Shown here piece after piece: positions 12,483 through 22,235 of a DNA stretch of 36,763 bases. Both the position numbers and the translations under genes were made by a program. Each line of letters begins with the position of its first letter. Position 1 is the first letter of the stretch. Origin of the DNA: Octopus bimaculoides (lineage: Eukaryota); the NCBI RefSeq assembly GCF_001194135.2, contig NC_068992.1:20012987-20049749 (forward strand), read 5' to 3'. Below the pieces are notes generated by a model. The model was not told where the DNA came from and made no database searches. It saw only the letters and a list, made by a program, of their open reading frames with translations.

Positions 12483-12552
12483 AGGCGGTGAGCTGGCAGA
12501 GTTGCTAGCACGCCGGGCGAAATGCAGAGTGGCATTTCGTCTGTCGCTACGT
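12483..12552 (+). mobile_element. SINE family B, 5' head only
   Basis: AGGCGGTGAGCTGGCAGA...GGGCGAAATGC...ATTTCGTCTGTCGCTACGT; homology stops just before the B-box. Confidence 0.85.
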
Positions 12553-12629
12553 AACTAATACGTATGCAAAATTTCAGGCCTGGTGCCTATAAGTAAAACG
12601 AATTATATTTATTGTTATTGTTGAATATA

Positions 12630-12817
12630 AACCAGCAAGCTGTCAAAGCGCGCGAAATATTTAGTAGCGTGTCTTTTGTCGTTGAGTTCAAATTCCACCG
12701 GGGTCGACTTTGCTTTACATCCATTTGGAGTCGATGTACCAGTTGAAATACTGGGTCGATGTAATCAACTAGCATCGTCCCCACAAATCTCAAGCCCTGT
12801 GCCTATAGCAGTAAGAG
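12630..12817 (+). mobile_element. SINE family B, diverged
   Basis: GAGTTCAAATTCC B-box, GGTCGACTTTGC, GTACCAGTTGAAATACTGGGTCGATGTAATC, and tail CCTGTGCCTATAG. Confidence 0.85.
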
Positions 12818-12825
12818 TTTTTGTA

Positions 12826-13290
12826 AAGGGAGAAGCTAGCAGAATCATTAACACGCCGTAGAAATCCTTCCCGGCCTTTCGTCTCTCATTACGTCGTAAG
12901 TACAAGCTGCATATGATCTAAAGGCTATTTCTCTGCCTTTTCTAGCACTTGGAGAGCACGCTAAGATCTCGAATAATCATTGTCGCCTATTGCGGTAGGC
13001 GTTGAGATTACGCTGCATTCAATCGTGATTAGCAAATTATAAGTAATTAAGGTAAAATCACCTCACCGGGTATTCTATTTCAATCTCCTTCCACTATTTG
13101 TCTCCATCTTGGCTTACTGTTTCCAACCTATTATTATAGGTACGACCGTTACTGTTTGTAGATCGATTTCGATTTTAAATATTTCGTGGTTGGTCAAATA
13201 AACATCGGTCGAGTATGGGGCTGGATGTAATCGGCTAGTCCGCCCCCTCCAAAATTTGTGGTCACATGCCAGTTGTAGAACCGATTATTT
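12826..13290 (+). mobile_element. Old SINE family B copy split by a 256-bp insertion (head 12826-12905, body and tail 13162-13290)
   Basis: The head AAGGGAGAAGCTAGCAGAATCATTAACACGCC ends at the B-box (GTACAA). Homology resumes at 13162 (ATCGATTTCG..GGATGTAATCGGCTAG..GTAGAACCGATTATT). Confidence 0.75.
12906..13161 (+). repeat. 256-bp direct repeat, copy 2 (inserted in SINE)
   Basis: See copy 1. Confidence 0.95.
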
Positions 13291-13689
13291 ATTATAATGT
13301 ATTTGTAGATTTATAATCATCAGATACCAGAAATGTTCTCATATTTTGCCTCGTTGCATGGATATTCTGTTCCATGAATGATTCTAATCTAAAATGCACT
13401 TTTGCTTCTTGTAAAATACATTTCGCTTGTGACAGAAATGTTGACCTCGCGTAACCGAATACATGCTCGTCTAACATTTTGTATTTGGAGATTTTCACAA
13501 ATAAATGTCATATTCCAGGTTTGCTTTTATGTCAATATCCATTACAGATGAATAGTAAATGTTGAATTTGGGGTATGGTGTAATATCTTGTTGCACAACA
13601 TTGCTTGTATGGTGTCCCCTTAATGTCACAAGTAAGTCGAAGATATACTTTATCATTAATGCTATTGGTGTAGTTGTCTACTTGCTTAC

Positions 13690-13790
13690 CCCTCCGCCTC
13701 CTCCTCTTCCTCCTCCTCCTCCTCCTCCTCGTCATCATCATCATCATCATCATCATCTCCACCACCACTGACACCACTATCATCATCATT
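13690..13790. repeat. (CCT)n(CAT)n microsatellite
   Basis: Directly visible. Confidence 0.9.
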
Positions 13791-14323
13791 TATCACATCG
13801 TAGCCGGTTATATTTTAGGGTCCCTCCACAAGGCAAACGTTTCTAATTCGTATAAATGCATGAGATAGTGTTTTTTTTTTATTAATTTTTTTCACATATA
13901 TAACATGAATACACGGAAATATTTCAAGATTGTGGAAATCTACGACAGGCTNNNNNNNNNNNNNNNNNNNNNNNNNNNNNNNNNNNNNNNNNCTTTAAGA
14001 CAAAAATAATACTTGTGTGTGTGTGCGTGTGTTTGTTTAAGTGTGTGCGTGTGCGTGAGCTTGTGCGTGTGTGTGTGTCTGTGTGTACGAGAGAGAGAGA
14101 GAGAAAGAGGGAAAGAGAAATAAAATCTTATATATTACCTTTATCTTCTCAACATCCAGAAAATCACGTCGCTACTCGCAGAAAGAACTTTTAAAAGAAA
14201 TGTCATACACAAAACTTATATAAAATATAACAAGAAAAAATCGGACATAATGACGTAATCACAAAAAATATTTTAAAATGTCAATAAAAATTGAAGACAA
14301 TTCCATGAAGAATAACACTAGAG

Positions 14324-14487
14324 TGAATAATCCTTTGTACTAGAAGGATTAGGTTAGTCAACCCCAGTGATCAGCTGTGTGTTACGTCATGGATCCCGTA
14401 AGGATCAAAGATGACATCGGTGGAAGTTCAATTCAGATCCTAAAGAAGGACGAAAAGCCATTAAACATTTTGCCAGATCCTCGCCTT
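14324..14487 (-). mobile_element. SINE family B, diverged, with an internal deletion
   Basis: Reverse complement begins AAGGCGAGGATCTGGCAAAATG..; the plus strand shows GATCCCGTAAGGATCAAAG..CATCGGTGGAAGTTCAATTCAG, matching the family B reverse strand. Confidence 0.75.
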
Positions 14488-14721
14488 CACTGTAGGAAAT
14501 AACGGTTGTAATTATTTCGCCAACAATATTCCTTCATACACCTTGGGAGCACCAAAGAACATTAAAATATTTATGTGAATATCGGTTATTACGTTAGTAG
14601 TGAGAGATGGAAAAAAACTAGTCTGGCGGAACTTGAGATACATGTCATGTGTGGACGAATTTATATTCGGCCTCTGTCCGTGTTCGCCAGCTTAAATAAG
14701 AATTCGCAAGATGGGTGTTTT

Positions 14722-14921
14722 ATAATAATTCTTTCTACAATAGGCACAACATCTAAGATTTGAGTGTTAAGTTGAAGAGATCAGTCCCCAGTGCCTGACT
14801 GGTACTACTTATGAACTCCTGAAAAAATGAAGGGCAAAATCGACCTCCGAGCGTTGAGACGGACGGAGTGTCACTAAGCATTTCGTCCGGTGAGCTAACG
14901 TTTATGGCAGCTCTCCGCCTT
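14722..14921 (-). mobile_element. SINE family B lacking the B-box
   Basis: Reverse complement: AAGGCGGAGAGCTGCCATAAACGTTAGC.CCGGACGAAATGCTTAG..., joined directly to GGAGGTCGATTTTGCCCTTCAT. Tail is at 14722-14750. Confidence 0.85.
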
Positions 14922-15910
14922 AATGGTTATTTTAATGAGGATAAGGGGTTCTTGTAACCCTCAAATGAAAAGTATGAAGAGTTATTTTCTAAAGCAAGTG
15001 TAAAGTAGTTGATATTTCATAACATTAGAACAACTGGACTGTTTGACTCATTTGCTTTTAGATAACACAGCAGCGTAGCAAAACGAAATCCAGAATTGCA
15101 GTCAGAACAATACTTTCTGTTAACCTGTATTATAGTGCAAAAGGGACAATATGTATATGAAAGGAGCTAAACATATTTGATAAACTCTGAAAACCATAGA
15201 AGCATTGTGAGCTGCATTATGACGAATGCATAGAAAATTAATATGTGTGACTGGTGGCTCAGAACAAAAACGGCTGTTATTTGTGGAAACATCCTTTTTG
15301 AAGTTCATTTGCTCTGAAGAAGCAGAGTGCGAAGCAAAGTATAAGTCTGTTGAAAGTAAGAGGCCCTAACAGAAGGAGACTTTCGGTTAGAGTTCTGAAG
15401 GTGGGTTGGTTAGCATGTGCAACGTCAGAAAAACTATCAACCAGATATATCTCACAGTCGTTCCTGGATTGACAGCAGATAATAAAGAGATGAGGAATTG
15501 AGCGACAACTACAACAATAACACGTGTAATAGAGTGTTGTAATAGTAGTACCAACTTTCACAATATTAGGGAAACTTCAGGAGAGCCAGAGATAAGCCTC
15601 GTCAGACGTGCTAAAATCCCACAAAATGAGGATTTTCCCAACCCTATCGTTCTCCAACAACGAAGATGCAGTGTAAGTTTGAAGAAATCCAGAAGAATTT
15701 CAGAAATATGCAAATCATTCGGAAAAAGATAGTAGTTTAATAATGACAGCTTTGAACACAGAGGAAGGACTTACGTTGTGAAAGACCCCAATCAAAATAC
15801 ACATACATTGCATCTCTCCAAGAAGGTACTAGAAGTTTTTAAAATCCTCCTCGTGGAATTTGTTTTAGCACACAGACTTTCGTACTTCCAATCAGCGTAC
15901 TAATATATAT

Positions 15911-16639
15911 NNNNNNNNNNNNNNNNNNNNNNNNNNNNNNNNNNNNNNNNNNNNNNNNNNNNNNNNNNNNNNNNNNNNNNNNNNNNNNNNNNNNNNNNNN
16001 NNNNNNNNNNNNNNNNNNNNNNNNNNNNNNNNNNNNNNNNNNNNNNNNNNNNNNNNNNNNNNNNNNNNNNNNNNNNNNNNNNNNNNNNNNNNNNNNNNNN
16101 NNNNNNNNNNNNNNNNNNNNNNNNNNNNNNNNNNNNNNNNNNNNNNNNNNNNNNNNNNNNNNNNNNNNNNNNNNNNNNNNNNNNNNNNNNNNNNNNNNNN
16201 NNNNNNNNNNNNNNNNNNNNNNNNNNNNNNNNNNNNNNNNNNNNNNNNNNNNNNNNNNNNNNNNNNNNNNNNNNNNNNNNNNNNNNNNNNNNNNNNNNNN
16301 NNNNNNNNNNNNNNNNNNNNNNNNNNNNNNNNNNNNNNNNNNNNNNNNNNNNNNNNNNNNNNNNNNNNNNNNNNNNNNNNNNNNNNNNNNNNNNNNNNNN
16401 NNNNNNNNNNNNNNNNNNNNNNNNNNNNNNNNNNNNNNNNNNNNNNNNNNNNNNNNNNNNNNNNNNNNNNNNNNNNNNNNNNNNNNNNNNNNNNNNNNNN
16501 NNNNNNNNNNNNNNNNNNNNNNNNNNNNNNNNNNNNNNNNNNNNNNNNNNNNNNNNNNNNNNNNNNNNNNNNNNNNNNNNNNNNNNNNNNNNNNNNNNNN
16601 NNNNNNNNNNNNNNNNNNNNNNNNNNNNNNNNNNNNNNN
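15911..16639. other. Assembly gap
   Basis: N run. Confidence 1.
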
Positions 16640-17103
16640 ACAAAAAAGTGGCACAAGGACGCAAAACATCCAGACAGCTAGATGATAAAAAAAGGGACAA
16701 TAAAACATTCAGACAGATGATACAAAAGAGGGAAAAAAATTTAAAAACACATGAACGGGTCATTCAAAGTTATCTTTCCTCAGTCGTGTTCCAGATTATC
16801 TTTGCAATTTCGACTGGTTATATTCGAGATTGCTCCAATCTGGCCAGCCCCAGGGATAAACTAATCTAAGAACATTAGATTCCTTGGAAGAAAGCAGCGA
16901 ATGTATACGCAAACCAGGACGGGAAAAAATGGAGAAATGGTACAGAATTGCGACTGCAAATAACAGGACATAACAACAGGTGTCTTTCGACTAAGGACGA
17001 ATTAAATTAAGCTGGCGTGTGTGAAAGTGAAGCCTTTGGACATAGGAGATGGCAGGCATGGGAAGGAATATAGATGTTGCACGGATTATATATCTGTATA
17101 TAA

Positions 17104-17104
<1 letters not shown>

Positions 17105-17165
<61 letters not shown>
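17105..17165. repeat. (GT)n microsatellite
   Basis: Directly visible. Confidence 0.95.
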
Positions 17166-17167
<2 letters not shown>

Positions 17168-18268
17168 ATAAATTCGAAATTACAGATACAACAAAATTAT
17201 TTGAAATATAATAGCCATAAGTGTACAACATAATATGCAGATCTATAAAAATATATGAGAAATATATAAACACATTAAAAGACATTGTCCTACTTACTAC
17301 TATGAATTAGATCAAAAACGGTGTTAAAAGACATTATAAGATGTGCAGTTTATAGTGTATAAAGTAAATAAGACGTCCAGAATATAGCGTATAAAGTAAA
17401 TAAATCATAGTTATACCTATGAGCAGGAGAAGGAAATAGTATCGTAGGAATTATGGGAAGTTAATATAAAAAGTATGGTGGGTTCTAAAGTAATAAGCAT
17501 ACGCACACACGCACACACACATATGGATATGGACAGCACCACCCTAGACACGATGCACAATCAGACAGCCACACATATCGAGTATTGAATGGTGTTTTTG
17601 TCTTGTTTTATTAATTCATAAAGGCGTTGTTAAATTTATGTCTGTGCACTTTATGTTTTACTATATATAGCTTGTTGTATTTACCTCTGAGACAGATGAA
17701 ATATGTTGGTGCTTTTTCGCTTATCATCTCGCCGTGTTGTGATCAAACAGTTGCTGAAAATATATTTGTGTATTATCGATCCAGTATAGGAATATCTGCT
17801 AATGAAACACGACATATATGTGACACAAGAATATATATTTACGAAAACTTTAATTCCTTTAGGAATTTCGTGAATAAATATATCATAGAGAATTTATGCA
17901 TCTTCGAGAAAATAGTGCTTCAGATCGCAAAAGGTGTTTCGAGTGTTGGCTATTATTTAATGAATAATCGCTCGATTGTGTTTATGACTTCAAGTCGATC
18001 TCTAGGCCAGGATAATTACAAAAACACTTACATCGATGTATTGTTTCAATCAATTCTTTCTGAAATACGCCAGAAGATATTTGCATAAATATACTGTATG
18101 TGTTCAATTACTTGCAAACAGACAATATTGTGGTAGAGAAAAACGATTTACTACACCAGTAAATCACAATACGTAAACCGCCAAAGTGTTTTCTGTTTTT
18201 AGATTAAATCATTTCCCTAGTTGTTGAATTTATTTAAAACTTTTCATTAAATAACAGATTCGTCCTCT

Positions 18269-18298
18269 CGTACAATTGTGGCAAACCACAATTGTACG
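18269..18298. repeat. Perfect 13-bp inverted repeat with a 4-nt spacer
   Basis: CGTACAATTGTGG-CAAA-CCACAATTGTACG. Confidence 0.95.
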
Positions 18299-18799
18299 CA
18301 CTTATGTAATTGAACGCATCGCCTATCAATAATTTTAATCCCAATACCCCATTGTAATATTTATGTACTTCCTATTGACTGTATATAATAGAAGTTTAAA
18401 AGAGTTTCGGTGAAGTTATAATAGAAACAAGTTTATATTTGTTGAAGTTTAAAACTACATTTAATGTCTACATTCCTCGTGAGAGTTCTCTTTATTTTAT
18501 TTGAAGATAAAGAGAAGGACAGAACGTCGCTGACATTTAAAATACGTATAACGTATTGCGATTCATCAGTTCATTATATCTAACATTTATGAGGAATTAT
18601 TGGACACAAATATAAGAAAAATTCAAACTAAAAGTTAGCGAAAATAATTATAACGTGTAGTACACAAATCGACTTTTAGACCAAAACAGACGGGCAATCA
18701 CGTACACAGTGAAACACGCGCACGCATATAAATGCTAACATATATACGTGGGAGAATGTGCGTATGTATACGTGCTTGTATGTCATGTCCACACAGATG

Positions 18800-19368
18800 T
18801 ATATCTATCTATCTATCTATCTATCTATATATCTATCTATCTATCTATCTATATATATATATATANNNNNNNNNNNNNNNNNNNNNNNNNNNNNNNNNNN
18901 NNNNNNNNNNNNNNNNNNNNNNNNNNNNNNNNNNNNNNNNNNNNNNNNNNNNNNNNNNNNNNNNNNNNNNNNNNNNNNNNNNNNNNNNNNNNNNNNNNNN
19001 NNNNNNNNNNNNNNNNNNNNNNNNNNNNNNNNNNNNNNNNNNNNNNNNNNNNNNNNNNNNNNNNNNNNNNNNNNNNNNNNNNNNNNNNNNNNNNNNNNNN
19101 NNNNNNNNNNNNNNNNNNNNNNNNNNNNNNNNNNNNNNNNNNNNNNNNNNNNNNNNNNNNNNNNNNNNNNNNNNNNNNNNNNNNNNNNNNNNNNNNNNNN
19201 NNNNNNNNNNNNNNNNNNNNNNNNNNNNNNNNNNNNNNNNNNNNNNNNNNNNNNNNNNNNNNNNNNNNNNNNNNNNNNNNNNNNNNNNNNNNNNNNNNNN
19301 NNNNNNNNNNNNNNNNNNNNNNNNNNNNNNNNNNNNNNNNNNNNNNNNNNNNNNNNNNNNNNNNNNNN
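18800..19368. other. (ATCT)n(AT)n microsatellite leading into the assembly gap 18866-19368
   Basis: Directly visible. Confidence 0.95.
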
Positions 19369-20382
19369 CGTTGCGTTAACAACAAACAAGATGAGGACAA
19401 ATATCCGTCAAATGTAAATAATGTAAATAATTCCTCATCTCTTAAATATAGAATTGTATAGTTCAATATGTATAAATAAAAAACATTGGTAGGTAACTAC
19501 ACTCGGGAATAAATAAGAGCCGTAATATTTTTAAATGTATACGTTTTTTGCCCCCCCCCCAAAAAAAAAACGTTGACTAATGCGAGTTGTATGGCTGATG
19601 AGGGAGGATCTTGTTTGATACAATAACATGTACTTAATGGGTGAATAACTTATTCAAAGCCGTTGATGTTTATGGTGCATCTTCTCTTTGTACAGTTCAG
19701 TGTAGGAACGGAGCTCATTCTAATTTTCTCTTATAAATTTATGATACGTTTACGATTAGTGGCGTTATCAGCAAAGATTTGTAGATTCTCGTCTATAAAT
19801 GCCAACCCTTCAGCAATATTCATTGCAGTCCCTTTAAGTGACGTTGACCGAAATTCCGTATCCTCATCTGCATTCGTAACTTATTCTTCATCAAAGAGTA
19901 TCAGGTTCTCGTTAGATGAACATTCTCCATAGGCTAGGTGTAGCTCAGTTGCATGATTCTTTATGACTGCTTTAAAGCTGTCTTAGATATGCATATGTAA
20001 TAATATCTTTCCGAACTTTCTGTTCTGTAAAAGATGTAACATTTCACATCATTCTGCGACTCAGCTATATTTGCCACCGCCTCCAAGAATTACTGAAGTT
20101 TCTAACTGTAAGTTTATTTTCTCTGTCAATTGCTTCCGCGAGATCTTTGAAAATCTTTTTCAGATAATAATTCCTTGAAGGGCTCCACTGAATTCTATGA
20201 CTCAGCTATGTTATTCACAGCATGTTGTATTATTGAACTTATTACAGAAGTCTCTAGCTCTACGCTTATTTCACCTGGCATTTGTTTTCATATGTTGTTG
20301 AATATTCTCAGACAATATATGTTAGCTATCTATCACCTCTTGCTCTGTTGGCTGGAGAAACGGAACTAGTGTTGGGGATATA

Positions 20383-21272
20383 CGTGATCTGATCAAAAAG
20401 TATCCGGACTGTTGCTATAGTAATGAAGCTAAATCACGAAGAGTAAAGATTCTTGGCAGAGATTGACCTTGAATTCTGGTGTGCATGTGCTCTAAGTTTG
20501 AACGTTCTAGCTCACTTTCGCTGTTTACAGCAGTGCTTGGAATGAATGTGTACAGCGTGTGATCGTCGCATCGATGCTGACAGACAATGCTGAGAAGAGA
20601 ATCTGCATAAAATTTTACCAAAAGCTTGGCGATACCTGCTTAGAAGCCTACGCAAAGTTTTCAACGAGTTTTCATCATTCTCGACACAATCAAGGAGATC
20701 TTGTGCCACTGAGACCCAATTGCCTGTTTGGTCAGCTGAAAGCAGTTTTGGCACAAACTTGTCAGACACGCGTCTCATACTCAAATCTTCAGTGGTAATG
20801 TACTGAACCGTAATTAATCTGCATACACTCTGATAACTCATGGATGGTAATTTGATGATTTCCCCTCACAGCTGCAAGCACATCTACGATGTTTTTCTCA
20901 GTTCTGCTGGTTGCATATCTCCCAGAACGTTCGTCAGTAATGATATTTTTTTTGCCGTCTTGGAAACGTCTGAACCATGCGTACACTTGTGTGCGGCTCA
21001 TACACACCTCTCCATACACTTTCTGCAATTTAGTGTAGGACTCTGAAGAGGTTTCACCATGACAACTTGTCCTGTCTTGGTAAATATGACGATAACACGT
21101 TACAAATCTTCCTACCAAGCATTGTTGTGAACAGCGGAAGTGAGCTAGAACGTTAAAACTTAGTGCACATACACAGCAGAGTTCAAGGTCAAATTTCGCC
21201 AAGCAATTTTACTCTGCGTGCTTTAACGTCTTTACTATGGCAGCAGTCCGGGTTCTTATTGATCAGACCTCG
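20383..21272. mobile_element. Non-autonomous mariner (Tc1/mariner) derivative with two 5' ends in inverted orientation
   Basis: TA TSD at 20381-20382 and 21273-21274. Termini CG(T/A)G(A/G)TCTGATCAA(A/T)AAG. The minus strand encodes the N-terminal HTH region (KLQKVYGE..MSRTQVYAWFRRFQDG...ERSGR..TS; EDLSMRRVSDKFVPKLL). The plus strand of the left arm encodes MLTDNAEKRICIKF.QKLG. The catalytic DDD domain is absent. Confidence 0.9.
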
Positions 21273-21359
21273 TATTCTGACTTTATCAGAAAGCTCCTGT
21301 AAGTTAACTAGATGGCTTACTGTAAGAAAAGAAATCTTAGCTGGAAATATTACGTGTAG

Positions 21360-21597
21360 TATAATAAGGCAGCTAGCTGGCAGAATCGTTAGCACGCAGT
21401 GCGAAATGCTTAGCGGTATTTCGTCTAGCGTTACGTTCTGAGTTCAAACTCCACCGATGTCGACTTTGTTTTTCATCCTTTTGGGGTCGATTAAATAAGT
21501 ACCAGTTACGGATTGGGGTAGATGTAATCGACTGAAACCCTTTGTCTGTCCTTGTTTATCTCCTCTATGTTTAACCCCCTGTGGGTAATAAAGAAAT
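21360..21597 (+). mobile_element. Full-length SINE family B with a 15-bp target-site duplication
   Basis: Head AGGCAGCTAGCTGGCAGAATCGTTAGC; B-box GAGTTCAAACTCC (21440-21452); A-rich tail. TSD AAATATTACGTGTAG (21345-21359) and AAATATTATGTGTAG (21598-21612), differing by one CpG transition. Confidence 0.92.
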
Positions 21598-22235
21598 AAA
21601 TATTATGTGTAGCACCGCATCTTTCTACAGTAGTAGGAATAGTGTTTGGAAATCTTGCTTTGAGGAGGCTCTTATTTAACTATGCCTTCTCATTTGACAG
21701 CCAAATCAGAGATAAGTTAATCTTTGGGTATCCCTTGTAAGTCTTTGGATTTGGGATGTGATATTTTAATTTCATACTACCAGCGACATTACCTCCTAGC
21801 AAAAATATTTTACCGTTTCTTCGAATCTTCAAATCAAGGTGCTGATTTTTCTTGTCAAGAAATAAAACTTCTAGCCGGCATGCGCTTTCAGAAAAGTGCA
21901 GTTTCGTCACCATTGTAATTTTGCTCTACTTGTAGCCTCCTTTAGTAATCGTTTTTTTCTATTGCTCACACTGTTTAGTAGCAAACTTCCTCACGCACAT
22001 ACGTTTATACACTCACACACACACGTACAGGAAGAGACAGAGAGACGTTGAGAATTAAGGAGTAAAACTTCGGAAATTATTTTCATTCATAAAAGGCTCT
22101 TTTGAAGAAGAGAAATATAATAAAAATAAAATTATATTATTATTTATAACAAAGATAATAACAATGATTTCCTATGTAGGCAAAAGGCCAGTATTTCACA
22201 AGGAATTTTGTACCATCAAATAATAAGCAATTTAC

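Larger units (their letters stand above)
19655..21995 (-). mobile_element. Decayed Tigger/pogo-family DNA transposon (DDE domain to C-terminus) in three pieces: 21995-21613, 21359-21275, 20380-19655
   Basis: Minus-strand motifs in Tigger1/TIGD1 order: KGGY..NGDETALF*KRMPARSFIS (DET at 21908), LLGGNVAG.MKLK, NPK..KGYPK..L..IWLSNEKA*, PNTSS/LQP.EQEVI (20376), YYLKKIF, NIAES, and AEGLAFIDENLQIF..N..R...ELYKEK. Many stops and frameshifts. TIRs not found. Confidence 0.85.

Noticed and set aside
12021-13161. Direct repeats interpreted as LTRs of a TRIM
   Set aside because: No TG..CA termini, PBS, PPT or TSD, and copy 2 sits inside a split SINE.
13532-13789. LTCDIKGTP looked like an Ig-domain strand; the poly-Arg/Met ORF
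   Set aside because: Lacks the conserved Trp spacing; the N-terminus is a CCT/CAT microsatellite.
14389-14500. Short ORF MDPVRIKDDIGG...
   Set aside because: It is the antisense reading of a family B SINE.
17627-18088. 153-aa plus-strand ORF; faint RT-like words on the opposite strand
   Set aside because: TTG start, no acidic/domain signature, and the spacing between the RT-like motifs does not fit.
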